Positions 24,901 to 36,900 of a stretch of DNA of 64,000 nt are shown piece after piece. The stretch covers positions 27,530,001-27,594,000 of the forward strand of contig CM059433.1 of NCBI GenBank assembly GCA_030390025.1. The letters are read 5' to 3'. Each line of letters begins with the position of its first letter. Positions within the stretch are counted from its first letter, which is position 1. The position numbers and the translations under genes were made by a program. The stretch is from Squalus acanthias. Taxonomy: Eukaryota. The notes below the pieces were generated by a model. That model had not been told where the DNA came from. It searched no databases and saw nothing but the letters and a program-made list of their open reading frames with translations.

Positions 24901-27900
24901 TATGAAGATTTGAAATGATTGCCAAGGATATCAGTATAAAATTCTATTAATTAGGACACTAGATTAATGCAATATTAATATGCAGAGGGAATTACATTGT
25001 CACTTACTAATGTGAGATAGTCACTGGCAATAAAACTCTGTTGAAACACACAATGCCAAGCGGGAAGATGGGATCTAATTTATGATTTTAAAGTTCAAGC
25101 ATGTTCATTAGGATGAGTTAAAAGAAAAGCATTCTTCTCTATAATATTTGTCAAGTTAATATATAAACTAATGGTTAATTTATGCTGGAAAGGATTTCTA
25201 CTCAGAGTTAGGACTTCTGTTTAACTTACTGAAACTGTGGAGTCATCCAGCATCCTTTTTGCTATTGAAGTGTAACCATTCCCATTAATCGCCTGTTGAT
25301 CACTAATCAGAACCGTGCTGGCTTGCATACAGTCAATCAGCAATTTGGCGTCTTTTCCATTTACACTAAGTGCTAACTTGTGCCAGGAACCATCAAAAAG
25401 TATTTCCACGTTGGTGAATGTTCGGAACATGACCGTATTGTATTGAGTTCTATAGAAATAGGCCAAAGATTTTGAGTCTCCGAAAAAACGAATGCCGACT
25501 TGCTCTCTTCCATCGGTGTCACTGACCTCCCATAAATTCCAAACGCTTTGTGAGGTGTCTCCCAACATCTTGAATGTAGCTATGATGGAATATTCAGAAG
25601 GAATTCCATCTGGATGCACATCTCTGAAATAAACATTTGGAAAACTGCCATTTCAGAATCTGCCATTATTTTAGAGAGTAACAAAATAATAATCTTTAAC
25701 ACATTGACACATTCAATGCATACTCACTTCAGATCTTAAACAGAAATAAACACTAAATGTGATTCTAATCCAGTTATATAATCCATCATGGAATACACAA
25801 GGATTTATTAAATACAACGCATTATTAAAATGTAGAGATAATTAATGTCTAGAAACATTCACAATCAACCACCCAAATTGAACAGTCACGTGAAAGCTAA
25901 GGAATTGCTTGGCCTCTGTAGTAGAACTCTTGTGCAACCTCGTCCTCCAGCAAGCTGATACATGAGCTATTCTTGCCCCCTATCCTGGCTGCAGGCCACT
26001 TGTTCCCGGTATCTCACCATGTGCAGATCCTGCCTCTATGATACCCTCTAAAGTACAGTATCAGTGAGTTGGTGGCTGCAGGTGTGAAATTGAGTGACTG
26101 TGTTTCTTCATCATCACTGTCTTGTCTCTTTTTTAAATTAATTCCTGGGATGTGGGCGTCGCTGGCAAGGCCAGCATTTATCGCCCATCCCTAATTGCCC
26201 TTGAGAAGCTGGTGGTGAGCTGCCTTCTTGAACCGCTGCAGTCCGTGTGGTGAAGGTGCTCCCAGTGTCCCACAGAATCACAAATAAAAGAGATGTTTTG
26301 GAAAGGTTCTGATGTGCCATAAGCACTTGTCGAACCATACTCCAGCGCTATTCACTGATTTCAGGAAAGAATAGGGGAAAACATTGATTTAAAAAGTTTT
26401 ATTATTTTTGAAATATATATGAAAGAGCCAATTTTTACTTGTCATTTTATGGTACTATTAGGCCACTGTTACATATTCTTTCATTACAAAATAACCTACC
26501 TCTTTGGCCAAGCTTTTGGTCAACCTGTTCTAATCTTTCCTTATGTGGCTCGGTGACAAATTTTGTTTGATAACACTCCTGTGAAGCACTTTGGGACGTT
26601 TTACTATGTTAAAGGTGCTATATAAATGCAAGTATTTGTAGTTGTTGTATATACAGCTAATCCCAACCATCACAGCAGGTTTTCATCTCTCACAGGTAAC
26701 TTGAGCATTTTTGATATTTAACAGGGCACCAACTACACAACTCCTCAAATCAACTGTTTAGGAATCAGAAAAAAAGATACATATAACCTATAATTTTCCT
26801 TTAGTGCTTACAATATTTACAACTTGTGGAAGTAAGTATCTATAGATCAGTTACAATGTAATACATTGTAATACATACAACCGGGATCTTGGGTTCATGT
26901 CACGATACATGACGTAGAGTCATCCAGACTCAAGTCATCGTTGGCTTGTTCACAGATGTGATTTCCAGTAAAAAAAAGTAAAAATTTTAAAGTTTATCGT
27001 TTTCCATACAGACTGCAGCTTTTGACACATTAGACCCCTGTAACCCCACCTCATTGTCTCAGTTGTATCTTGCTATGTCTTTGATGTGGTGCCTTCCTGG
27101 CTGACCTGATTGTTTATCTGCCGAGGTGTGACAAAAGGCAGTCAGGAGGATTAAATGTAGTCGTCTGCCATTGTACGCTTCACATGCATTGTTCTCTATC
27201 TATATATGCTTTGTCGATTTGTATTCCTTTACTTCACCTGACGAAGGAGCAGCGCTCCGAAAGCTTGTGATTTCAAATAAAACTGTTGGACTATAACCTG
27301 GTGTTGTGCGACTTCTCACTTTTGTCCACCCCAGTCCAACACCGGCATCTCCGCATCAATGTAATACATAGTGCAGTGTATTTCTGCCATAGCAGGTGAC
27401 AACTACTTCTGCAATTTTGAATCTTATATTCAGCTTTTTATAATGTGGTCTACGTCAGGAGGAGATGCAGCCTATCAAGAGCATGTTATCTATTACCAGT
27501 GCAAGATGTCACTGGGTGTGATTGGGACCCAGTTTTGCAGTGACAAAGGACACAGATTAGTTTCTTCACTGCACAAGCTCTGCAACTGAGAAAGCATGGA
27601 CATAATTACTATGCATAGTATGAAATACCATACCCCATTTCCTTTTTCAGATGTACTGAAGGATTAAGGCGGAAAGCTGAGCTATGAGGTTGTGATCCTT
27701 CCACTTCTGTTACACCTCCTGACGACGGCACTTGGAATTCCTTGAGAAAGTCAATTCCTGAGTAGCAAACAAAAAACACTGTTTTTAACCTAACAAAAAA
27801 TGATTTTCCTTTATGTTCCTGATTGGTGAGGCCCGTTCTCAAGAAACTATCCTAGAGTACTCTAGATTAATAATCATTCTCATTATTTCAGTCAAGGAGG

Positions 27901-30900
27901 TTTTATTAACAAAACTGATAATTTACAGGTAATAAAGCTGAGTTTATCACCTTGCTAACTCTCAGTTTATATTTTATATTCCTTGCCAGATTGTGAGTTG
28001 TGATGGAGACGAAAAAGTTGCATTTTCAAACAGTTATATTTGCAATTTTTCAATTTAGTGTACGGAGGTAAAATTTAGTGTTGCTGTAAGACTCCAAAAC
28101 CACTTTGGAGAAATATGAGAACATTTTGAGAGAATACCATAATTAAACTAATGCCATTTTAAGGTTCCATAACATGGCAATAAAGACGTCAGAAACGTAC
28201 ATACATTGACACACACAGATGCGCAATTGCGCATTCAGACACAAAATGACAAACATGTTAGTTACATATGTCGTGTAATTTTCATGCTAACCTAAGGATT
28301 CTTTCTGCACATTTATAAAAATGATCAGGCCCTTATGTTGAAGAAGATTTATTTTATATTAGTAAATAAGGGAAAAAAATGCAGAAATGTACAACTGTAG
28401 TACAATAAATCCATTTAGCTCAGAGAAGACACACCACAAAGTTGCAGTAATGACCATCTTTGCGATGTCAATAAACTGATCATGCAGCTGAGTAGTACTA
28501 GTGTTGGAAAGGAGTCACGTAGCACATACAAACACATCCATTTGAGAAATTGTACCTGGATTATTCTCACTCCCTATGGTTCTCTGACATACATTTTGCT
28601 TACAGCTATTGCTCCTGAGCTGTAACTTGATCTTTTCCAGCAAATGAAAGTCATCAACATGATGTAAATAAAGACTGTATGGCTTAGAAGCTATGGCACG
28701 CAATTCTACCTCATCTGTATTCTCAGTAACTTCAATTGTGAAAAAATGGATTCCATCCTTATGTGCAGCGTGAGCAGGTGCTATTACATCATCAGCTGAT
28801 CTTCCATCTGTAACTACAATAGCCACTTTACGCACACCCAGACTGGGGTGTCTGGCACCTTCTCCCCTTGAGAAACTATTTAGAATAAGATGTCTAATGG
28901 CCCTGCCTGTGGCCGTCCCTTCCTGCATGTATGAAATTCTTCTCACTGCAGCCTTGATCTCTTCCTTGGTACTATACTGGTTCAGTGTAAACTCAGTCCT
29001 CACTCTACTGCTGTACTGGACAACTCCAGCTCTGGAAGCCCATGGTCCAATGTCAATGGCATCAACAATAGCATTGACAAAATCTTTGATTTTCTCAAAG
29101 TTGTGAGGGAGAACACTCTTTGATCCATCCAATAAAAAGACCAGATCCATGGCTGAAGCTCTGCAGTTATCTAAATCCCCCAAAAAATTAATGTGGTAGT
29201 AAACAGAACTTTAGAAATGAATAATGAGAAAATAAACTTTGAAACAATTGCACCCACAATATAGAAAATATTCCCATTTTGCTCAGTATAGTGGAAAACA
29301 ATGCTTTTATTATACTTCTAACATTTGACAACATTAGAATTGCTATTGTGTTTACTTTTTGTATAACAGTCTGTTAAAAATTCAAATGAAAGTATAATTT
29401 AAACTTGTACGCTGAGAAGGTCCTTCAGGCTTCTCCCACTTTGCTACCATAACTTAGGTGGAAGTTTGGTGGCAATACCGTCTACGCGCGTGAACAGAGT
29501 TTTTGCTGAAGTTATGGCAGTGGATTGGGAGAAGCCCCGAGGAAATTCAGACCCACTGTCTCAGAAGAAGCAATAGCTAGAAAAACAAAGAGGACAGCAT
29601 GGACTGAGACCCAGTTTGCAAGTTACCGAGAGATTTGGTCATCGGGGATTCTTTGCTCAGGAAAGTGGATAGTGTTTTTCTCATATGGACAATACCTACA
29701 GGGTGGTGAATAGTCTATCTGGGGCCAGAGCAGTACATATTGAAGAAAGGTTAGAAGGGATACTGAAGGGGATAGGAAAAAGTGCAGTGGTGGTAGTCCA
29801 AGTATAGTATAAGGGGTTTAAATGTCTCATACACAACGATGGCCTCTAATGTTTGGAAAAGGAGGAAAGTTTACCAAGAAAATTGAGGATACAAATGAGA
29901 GCTGGCATGAGAATAAGAATACTGTCCTCATAAATAACTGGGAATAGTTTCAGAACAGAAAGACAGGCTATATTAAACCAAGTAGGAATAACATTGACTT
30001 GCCGAAATGGGGAGACTGTAGTATCTTTCTGGGTTGGTGAACTAAGATGGGAAAATGGCCTTCCTCATCCATAAGTATCTTATGATTTTGTTTATCTGCT
30101 ATGTTGTCAAAAATTGAATTGACTAATAAACATTGTCAAAATTATTAGAATGATAACAACCTTCAAAATCTTAACCATTCTTATTAAAGATTCCTAATTT
30201 TTGAATTTTTCCATTCAATTGGGAGCTTCATGTGCCATCACCAAATTTTCATTGCAACCGCTAATACAACAGTGTGGGGGCTAAATTCGATAGCCCCCAA
30301 AAACGGGTGCAGGTATCACGATGCACGATTAGCCTGTGCCCGTTGAGTCCGATTCAGGCAGCACACAAAATTCGTCTTCTAATGGTGTTTGCAACATCTC
30401 CCAGTGCACGGCAAACTGGGAGATGTTGCAAATAGCTCCTGCTCCAGCCTGGAAGGAGGCTGACGCCTAAAATTTCATGGCCACCATGACCATCATAGCC
30501 ACTGGCAAAGTGGTCCTCACCCTGCTCTGAAGTTGCAGTTGCGGCTGCAGTAGGTGGCAGATTTCAGTGAGGATGTCCTTGGTGAAGTGCATGTAGGAGT
30601 ATTGCTCCCTGAACACCCAGGGCGAATATGGCTTCCTGCTGGGAGCCCTTCTCCCCCTCCCCTCCTCCTCCTCCCTCTGCCAGCAACTTACCCTGCCCTG
30701 TGTCGCCTCTGTTCATTCTGTAGGCCAAGTGGAATGCCTACTACTGCACCCATGTCTTAGAGCAAGTGATCTGTGCAGAATCCTTGAAGTCAGGACAAAG
30801 TCCTTCAGCACCTGCCACACAACTTTAAGGAACTGTACAAATGCTTCTACAAACTAGCAACAGCTGGTAGAAATCATTCAGCAACTAACCTGTAAGTAAT

Positions 30901-33900
30901 TGATGATCCCTTTAAATAGCGCTGGTGTGGGGTCTTTCCTGCTGCTGAACACTTGTTCAGCTGTGTGTGTTTAAGAGTGGGCGTCAGCTGGAGCGTTGAG
31001 CTCCAAAATGGCAGCGCTGGCGTCAAATCAGCGTTTCACGCTGATTGATGTCACAGTCTGCCTAATCTGCATACTTCCGGCGCACACTCCCTGTGCCCGC
31101 ACTAACGCCCTACTCAATATGCCGTCTGGCGCAGCCCACACCAGAGCTGTGCTGCAAGCTTTGGATACCATTTTGGACCCAAATCAGCACCCGTAGCGTC
31201 CAAACAACGGGCGCTACAGAGCTGAATATTCCAGCCTCTGTTTTTTGAGACTTAGAATCATAGAATCATAGAATGGTTACAGCACAGAAGGAGGCCATTC
31301 AGCCCAACAAGCCCTTGCCAGCTCTCTGCAAGAGCACTTCAGCTAGTCCCACTCCCCCGCCCTTTCCCCATAGCCCTGCAAATTTTTTTCCTTCAGATAC
31401 TTATCCAATTCCCTTTGGAAAGCCACGATTGGATCTGCCTCCACCACCCTTTCAGGCAGTGCATTCCAGATCATAACCACTCGCTGAGTAAAAAGGTTTT
31501 TCCTCATGTTGCCCTTGGTTCTTTTGCCAATCACCTTAAATCTGTGTCCTCTGGTTCTCAACCCTTCTGCCAATGGGAACAGTTTCTCTCTATCTACCCT
31601 GTCTAGACCCATCATGATTTTGAACACCTCTAGCAAATCTCCGCTCAACCTTCTCTGCTCCAAGGAGAACATTCCCAGCTTCTCCAGTCTATCCATGTAA
31701 CTGAAGTCCCTCATCCCTGGAACCATTCTCATAAATTTTTTCTGCACCCTCTCTAAGGCCTTCACATCCTTCCTAAAGTGCGGTGCCAAGAATTGGACAC
31801 AATACTCCAGTTGATGCCGAACCAGTGTTTTATAAAGGTTCATCATAACTTCCTTGCTTTTGCACTCAATGCCTCTATTTATGAAGCCCAGGAACCCATA
31901 TGCTTTTTTAACCACTTTCTCAACCTGCCCTGCCACCGTCAACAATTTGTGCACATATACCCCCAGGTCTCTCTGTTCATGCACCCCCTTTAGGATTGTA
32001 CCTTTAGTTTATATTGTCTCTCCTCATTCTTCCTACCAAAATGTATCACTTCGTACTTTTCTGCGATAAATTTCATCTGCCATGTGGCCGCCCATTCCAC
32101 CAGCCTGTCTATGTCCTCTTGAAGTCTATCACCATCCTCCTCACTGTTTACTATACTTCCAAGTTTTGTGTCATCTGCAAATTTTGAAATTGTGCCCTGT
32201 ACACCCAAGTCCAAGTCATTAATATATATCAAGAAAAGCAGTGGTCCTAGTACCGACCCCTGGGGAACACCACTGTATACCTTCCTCCAGTCCGAAAAAC
32301 AACCGTTCACCACTACTCTCTGTTTCCTGTCAATTAGCCAATTTTGTATCCATGCTGCCACTGTCCTTTTTATTCCATGGGCTTTAACTTTGCTGGCAAG
32401 CCTATTATGTGGCACTTTATCAAACGTCTTTTTGAAGTCCATGTACACCACGTCAACCGCATTTCCCTCATTAACCCTCTCTATTGCCTCATCAAAAAAC
32501 TCGATCAGGTTAGTTAAACACGATTTGCCTTTAACAAATCCGTGCTGGCTTTCCTTAATTAATCCACACTTGTCCAAGTGACTGTTAAATTTGTCCCTGA
32601 TTATTGTTTCTAAAAGCTTCCCCACTACCGAGGTTAAAATGACTGGCCTGTAGTTGCTGGGTTTATCATTACACCCTTTTTTAAACAAGGATGTAACATT
32701 TGCAATTCTCCAGCACTCTGGCACCACTCCTGTATCTAAGGAAGATTGGAAGATTATGGCTAGTACCTCCGCGATTTCTATCTTAACTTCCCTCAGCATC
32801 CTAGAATGCATCCATCCCCTATTATTTCTCAACTCTAACCAAATAGATTCTGTCCTTGACCCCTCCAAGACATCCTCTCTCTCCAGCACTGTACATTCTC
32901 CTTAACCAATACTGCCACACCACCTCCTTTCTTTCCTTCCCTATCTTTCCCAAACACCTTATATCCAGGAATATTTAATACCTAATCCTGCCCTTTTTGA
33001 GCCAGGTCTCCGTTATCACCACGACATCATATCCCCATGTGTCTATTTGCGTCTGCTGTTCACCAACCTTATTTACCCACTTCGTGCATTTACACACATG
33101 CACTGTAAACCTATCTTGGACCTTCTTGTATTCTCTTTTAGTCTGACCACACCTAATACCTTACTATTTCTTACTCTAGTGCTATCTGTCTCTCCCAATC
33201 CTTTGTGCACTTTGTTTCTCCCTTCTAATGGTACATCCTGGTGCACATCCCCCTGCCAAGCTAGTTTAAACCCACCCCAACAGCACTAGCAAACCCCCCA
33301 TGAGGATATTGGTCCCAGCTCTGTTGAGGTGCAACCTGTCCGGCCTGTACAGGTCCCCCCTCCCCCAGAACCGGTCACAATGTCCCAGGAATCTAAAGCC
33401 CTCCTTCCTGCACCATCTCTCCAGCCATGCATTCATCTGCTCTATCCTCCTATTTCTATACTCACTAGCTGGTGGCACCAGGAGTGATCCAGAGATGACT
33501 ATCTTTGAGGTACTGCTTTTTAATCTCTTTCCTAGCTCCTTAAAATCTGCCTGCGGGACCTAATCCCTCTTTCTGCCTATATTGTTGATATGGACCACGA
33601 CCTCTGGATGTTCACCCTCCCCCCTCAGAATGTTCTGCAGCCGTTCAGTGCTATCCTTGACCCTGGCACCAGGGAGGCAACATACCATCCTGGAATCACA
33701 TCTGCGGCAGGAGAAACGCCTGTCTGTTCCCCAAACTATCGAATCCCCTATCACTATTGCTTTCCCGATCTTCCTCCTCCCCCAGTGTACAGCTGAGCCA
33801 CCCATAGTGCCGTGGACTTGGCTCTGGCTGTACTCACCAGAGGAACCATCGCCCTCACCAGTATTCAGTACTGGTTTTATACTTTTCTAAGATAAGAAAG

Positions 33901-36900
33901 TTTTTTTTAACGGGGTGTGTCTTTTATCACATCAGACTAAAAATTACTATTGCCGATAATAGCTTTACATGTTGGTATGATAGTTGCAAGTTTGCTATTT
34001 TAATGAAATTAATTAGTTAATGCCTCTGTTAAAATAGAGCACAAAGGAATGTCAAACTGACACATTGGCTGCGATTTTGCCTACTGAAGTGGGCTCAGTG
34101 CGGCCGAGGTAGGTGGCGGGTTGCGACCCCGCTCCATGCTCCATCCCGCTCTGTGAGAAGAATTTTCCGTTGATTGGGCTTGTTAAGTCCACCCTGTGAG
34201 GTTCCCAGCCAATTAAAAGGAAGCGGGTCTGATTACGTCATTTGACAACATGTCATCAGCTGGCTTCCTTAAAGGGGCCATGTCCACAATCATTTTGACA
34301 ATTGTGCTGTGAGTGTTCTGCAACATTGAGGTGCTGCAAACACTAACGAGCACTGCACAAAGGTGCACGGCTGCACCCAGGCTCTCCCATGACTCCCTCC
34401 ATATGCTTATGGAGGGAGTCACAGCACGCAGGGAGGTCCTCTTCCCTTCCAGTGGGCGGAAAAGACCTCCCCAGGAGATCAACGCAGCCTGGTTGCACAT
34501 TGCAGAGGAGGGCACAAGCAGGGATGTCGTCAGGAGGACCAGGCTGCAGTGGCGCAAACCTCTCAATGATCAAAGTAGATCACGAAACATTACTGAAAAG
34601 CCACACTCAACCTTATCCTGCTGTGCCACTCATCACATCCCCATCACTCTACCTTACCTACCCTACTCCTGCACATCTTTACTCACACCAACTTACCTTG
34701 CACCTCCATCCATCCCTCTCTATCTATATTATCACTACCCCATCTCACTAGCCACCCCTCATACTCACCCTCATCCAAGTCCAATCATACCAACTAACAA
34801 CATACAAGGGTAGACACTTGAGAGGTTTAGCCAGTGTTCATGTGAAGTTTCTGGTAATGTGCTGTCAAACATTGAAATCTTTATTTTCAACACTTTGCAT
34901 TCTTGGACAGATTTGTATGCACCTTTGGAAGTGGCTTAGTGTGTTGCAGTGAATGGTGAGACATAAGGGTATCCCCCCCCCCCCCCCCCCCCCCCCACCG
35001 CAATGGTGATGAGTGTGAAAGGAATGGCTTGGACTTTGTAGGGATGCTTTATGGTGCTGGTATGGGGTGGTGCCAACCTGGCGCATCATGTGGCAGCCAG
35101 GGTGTACAGTGTCAAGTGCCAGGTGACCTGGGCAGCAACGTAGTCGGGTGCTGATGCTCTGTATCCTGTGCAGCATCAGGTGATTGCGGAGAAGGTTGGC
35201 GTTGTTGGTGGTGGTGTTGGTGTGCCTTGTGATGTTGGTGTTGGGGCTGATCGTGGTGGGATTCTGAGGACCAAGGTGAGATTTTTTCAAGGGCACTGAT
35301 GTTGCTGGAATAGATGGCAGCTGAAGTTGAGATGACAGAAGCGATCTGCCAATGGTGAGAGAGGTTGCTCCAGGGAGGTGACAGTGGATAAAAAGTTTAC
35401 TTCAAACACTTCCAAACTGCATAAAGCTCAAAAGTGGGTTCCAAATCATGAAGGCCCCAGTTTCTAAGATTGGGAAGTGTACAGCTGTGAAATAGTAGGT
35501 TTTATACCACTTTTGCAGCTGTCACCTATTCACAGCAATGGAGAGTCATTGAGAACACGACATACTCACCGGACGTGATACCCGCTCTCCGGGAACCTGG
35601 TTAAAAACCTAGTAAAATGGTAAGTACATGGGAAAATGGTGCTTATCTACCCTTCAACAAGCTTTTAAGTATCTAAATTGGCTGACCCGCCGCTTGGTAT
35701 CGGATCTGTTCAGGGATGACAGACCCGACACTTGGGAAACTGACAAGGAGGCGGGTTTACAGCGGGATACCGACCCGCTGTCAATCTTTGTGATTTTGAC
35801 AGCAGACCCACCTCCAAACCCGCACTCTGAGTGCTGGTAAAATTCCGGCCAATTTAATATTGGGGCAATTTTAACTTAACCTACTCATTGGGAAACTGAT
35901 GGGATCGGGTGCAACATTGGTTTTATATCCCACCCGATTTTACTCTCCAGCGAAGTCAATGGAGACTAATATTGGCCGGAGTGTAAAACCGGCATTCCAC
36001 CCGATCCCATGGGTTTCCTGCCTGGCAAGTTATGTTAAAATTACCTCCATTAAGTGTAAATCTGCTGATATCACCAACAGTCATTTCTAACTTATCGGCC
36101 TGGATCTTGTGGTCGTGATGACGGCGAACTGGCAGGGTTCGCTGTCATTTCACCTTTGAAACTGACTGCAACTTCAGGATTTAGTGCGTGCGCAGCCTAA
36201 CGCAGATATCCTGAAGTTGCAGTCAGTCATTCACTGCTCCTCCGCAGGCTGCGCTGTGGACTCCCCAACCTAGAGCCGGCAATCAGTGAAATCACTGATC
36301 TGACGAAAACTTCCCCTTTTCGGAAGAAATATCGTTGTTAGAAACCCTATAAAAAGTTAGGCCCATTCAAATGCGGTGTAACTGGGTTTTTAACGCTGAT
36401 CTGAGTAATAACTACTGATAAACAACTGTTCTGGCCCTGAAAACCTAATTTTATATTGGTGGAATGTCAAATTTCTCCATTAAGTTAAATATACTAGATT
36501 TTAAAATTAATAAAACATTATTTTTATTTAAAAGTTTGTTCATGATATTTCAGCTTCTACCTTAACCCAATGTGTATTTCCCAATCTTTATTTCGCTCTC
36601 TGTAACTTTTTAAAAAGTGATTGATTATTAGTGCTTTCTATTTCCTGGTTTCCTGTCTGTGAGAATTCTGCATTATAATTGGCTGCTCAGACAGCTTGTT
36701 GACGTCACAACAGCTCGCGCTATGGGATTCCCACTAAACTACGCTGATTTCAACTTCACATCGGAAAAGTCGAACTCCTCGTCACAGAGATCGCGAGATC
36801 TTTGTGGGAAGCTTGCTTCCGGGCCAGCAGCGAAGACCTTTGACCGCAAATTACGGGCCATCATGTCTTTTGATTGGGCTGCACGCCAGTTATGGTTCAG

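Noticed and set aside
28602..28604. Alternative vWA donor T|gtaagc
   Set aside because: It is in phase, but it would drop the KQNVC...NNP linker whose second Cys parallels the COL21 vWA-TSPN linker. The donor at 28556 is preferred; minor use is not excluded.
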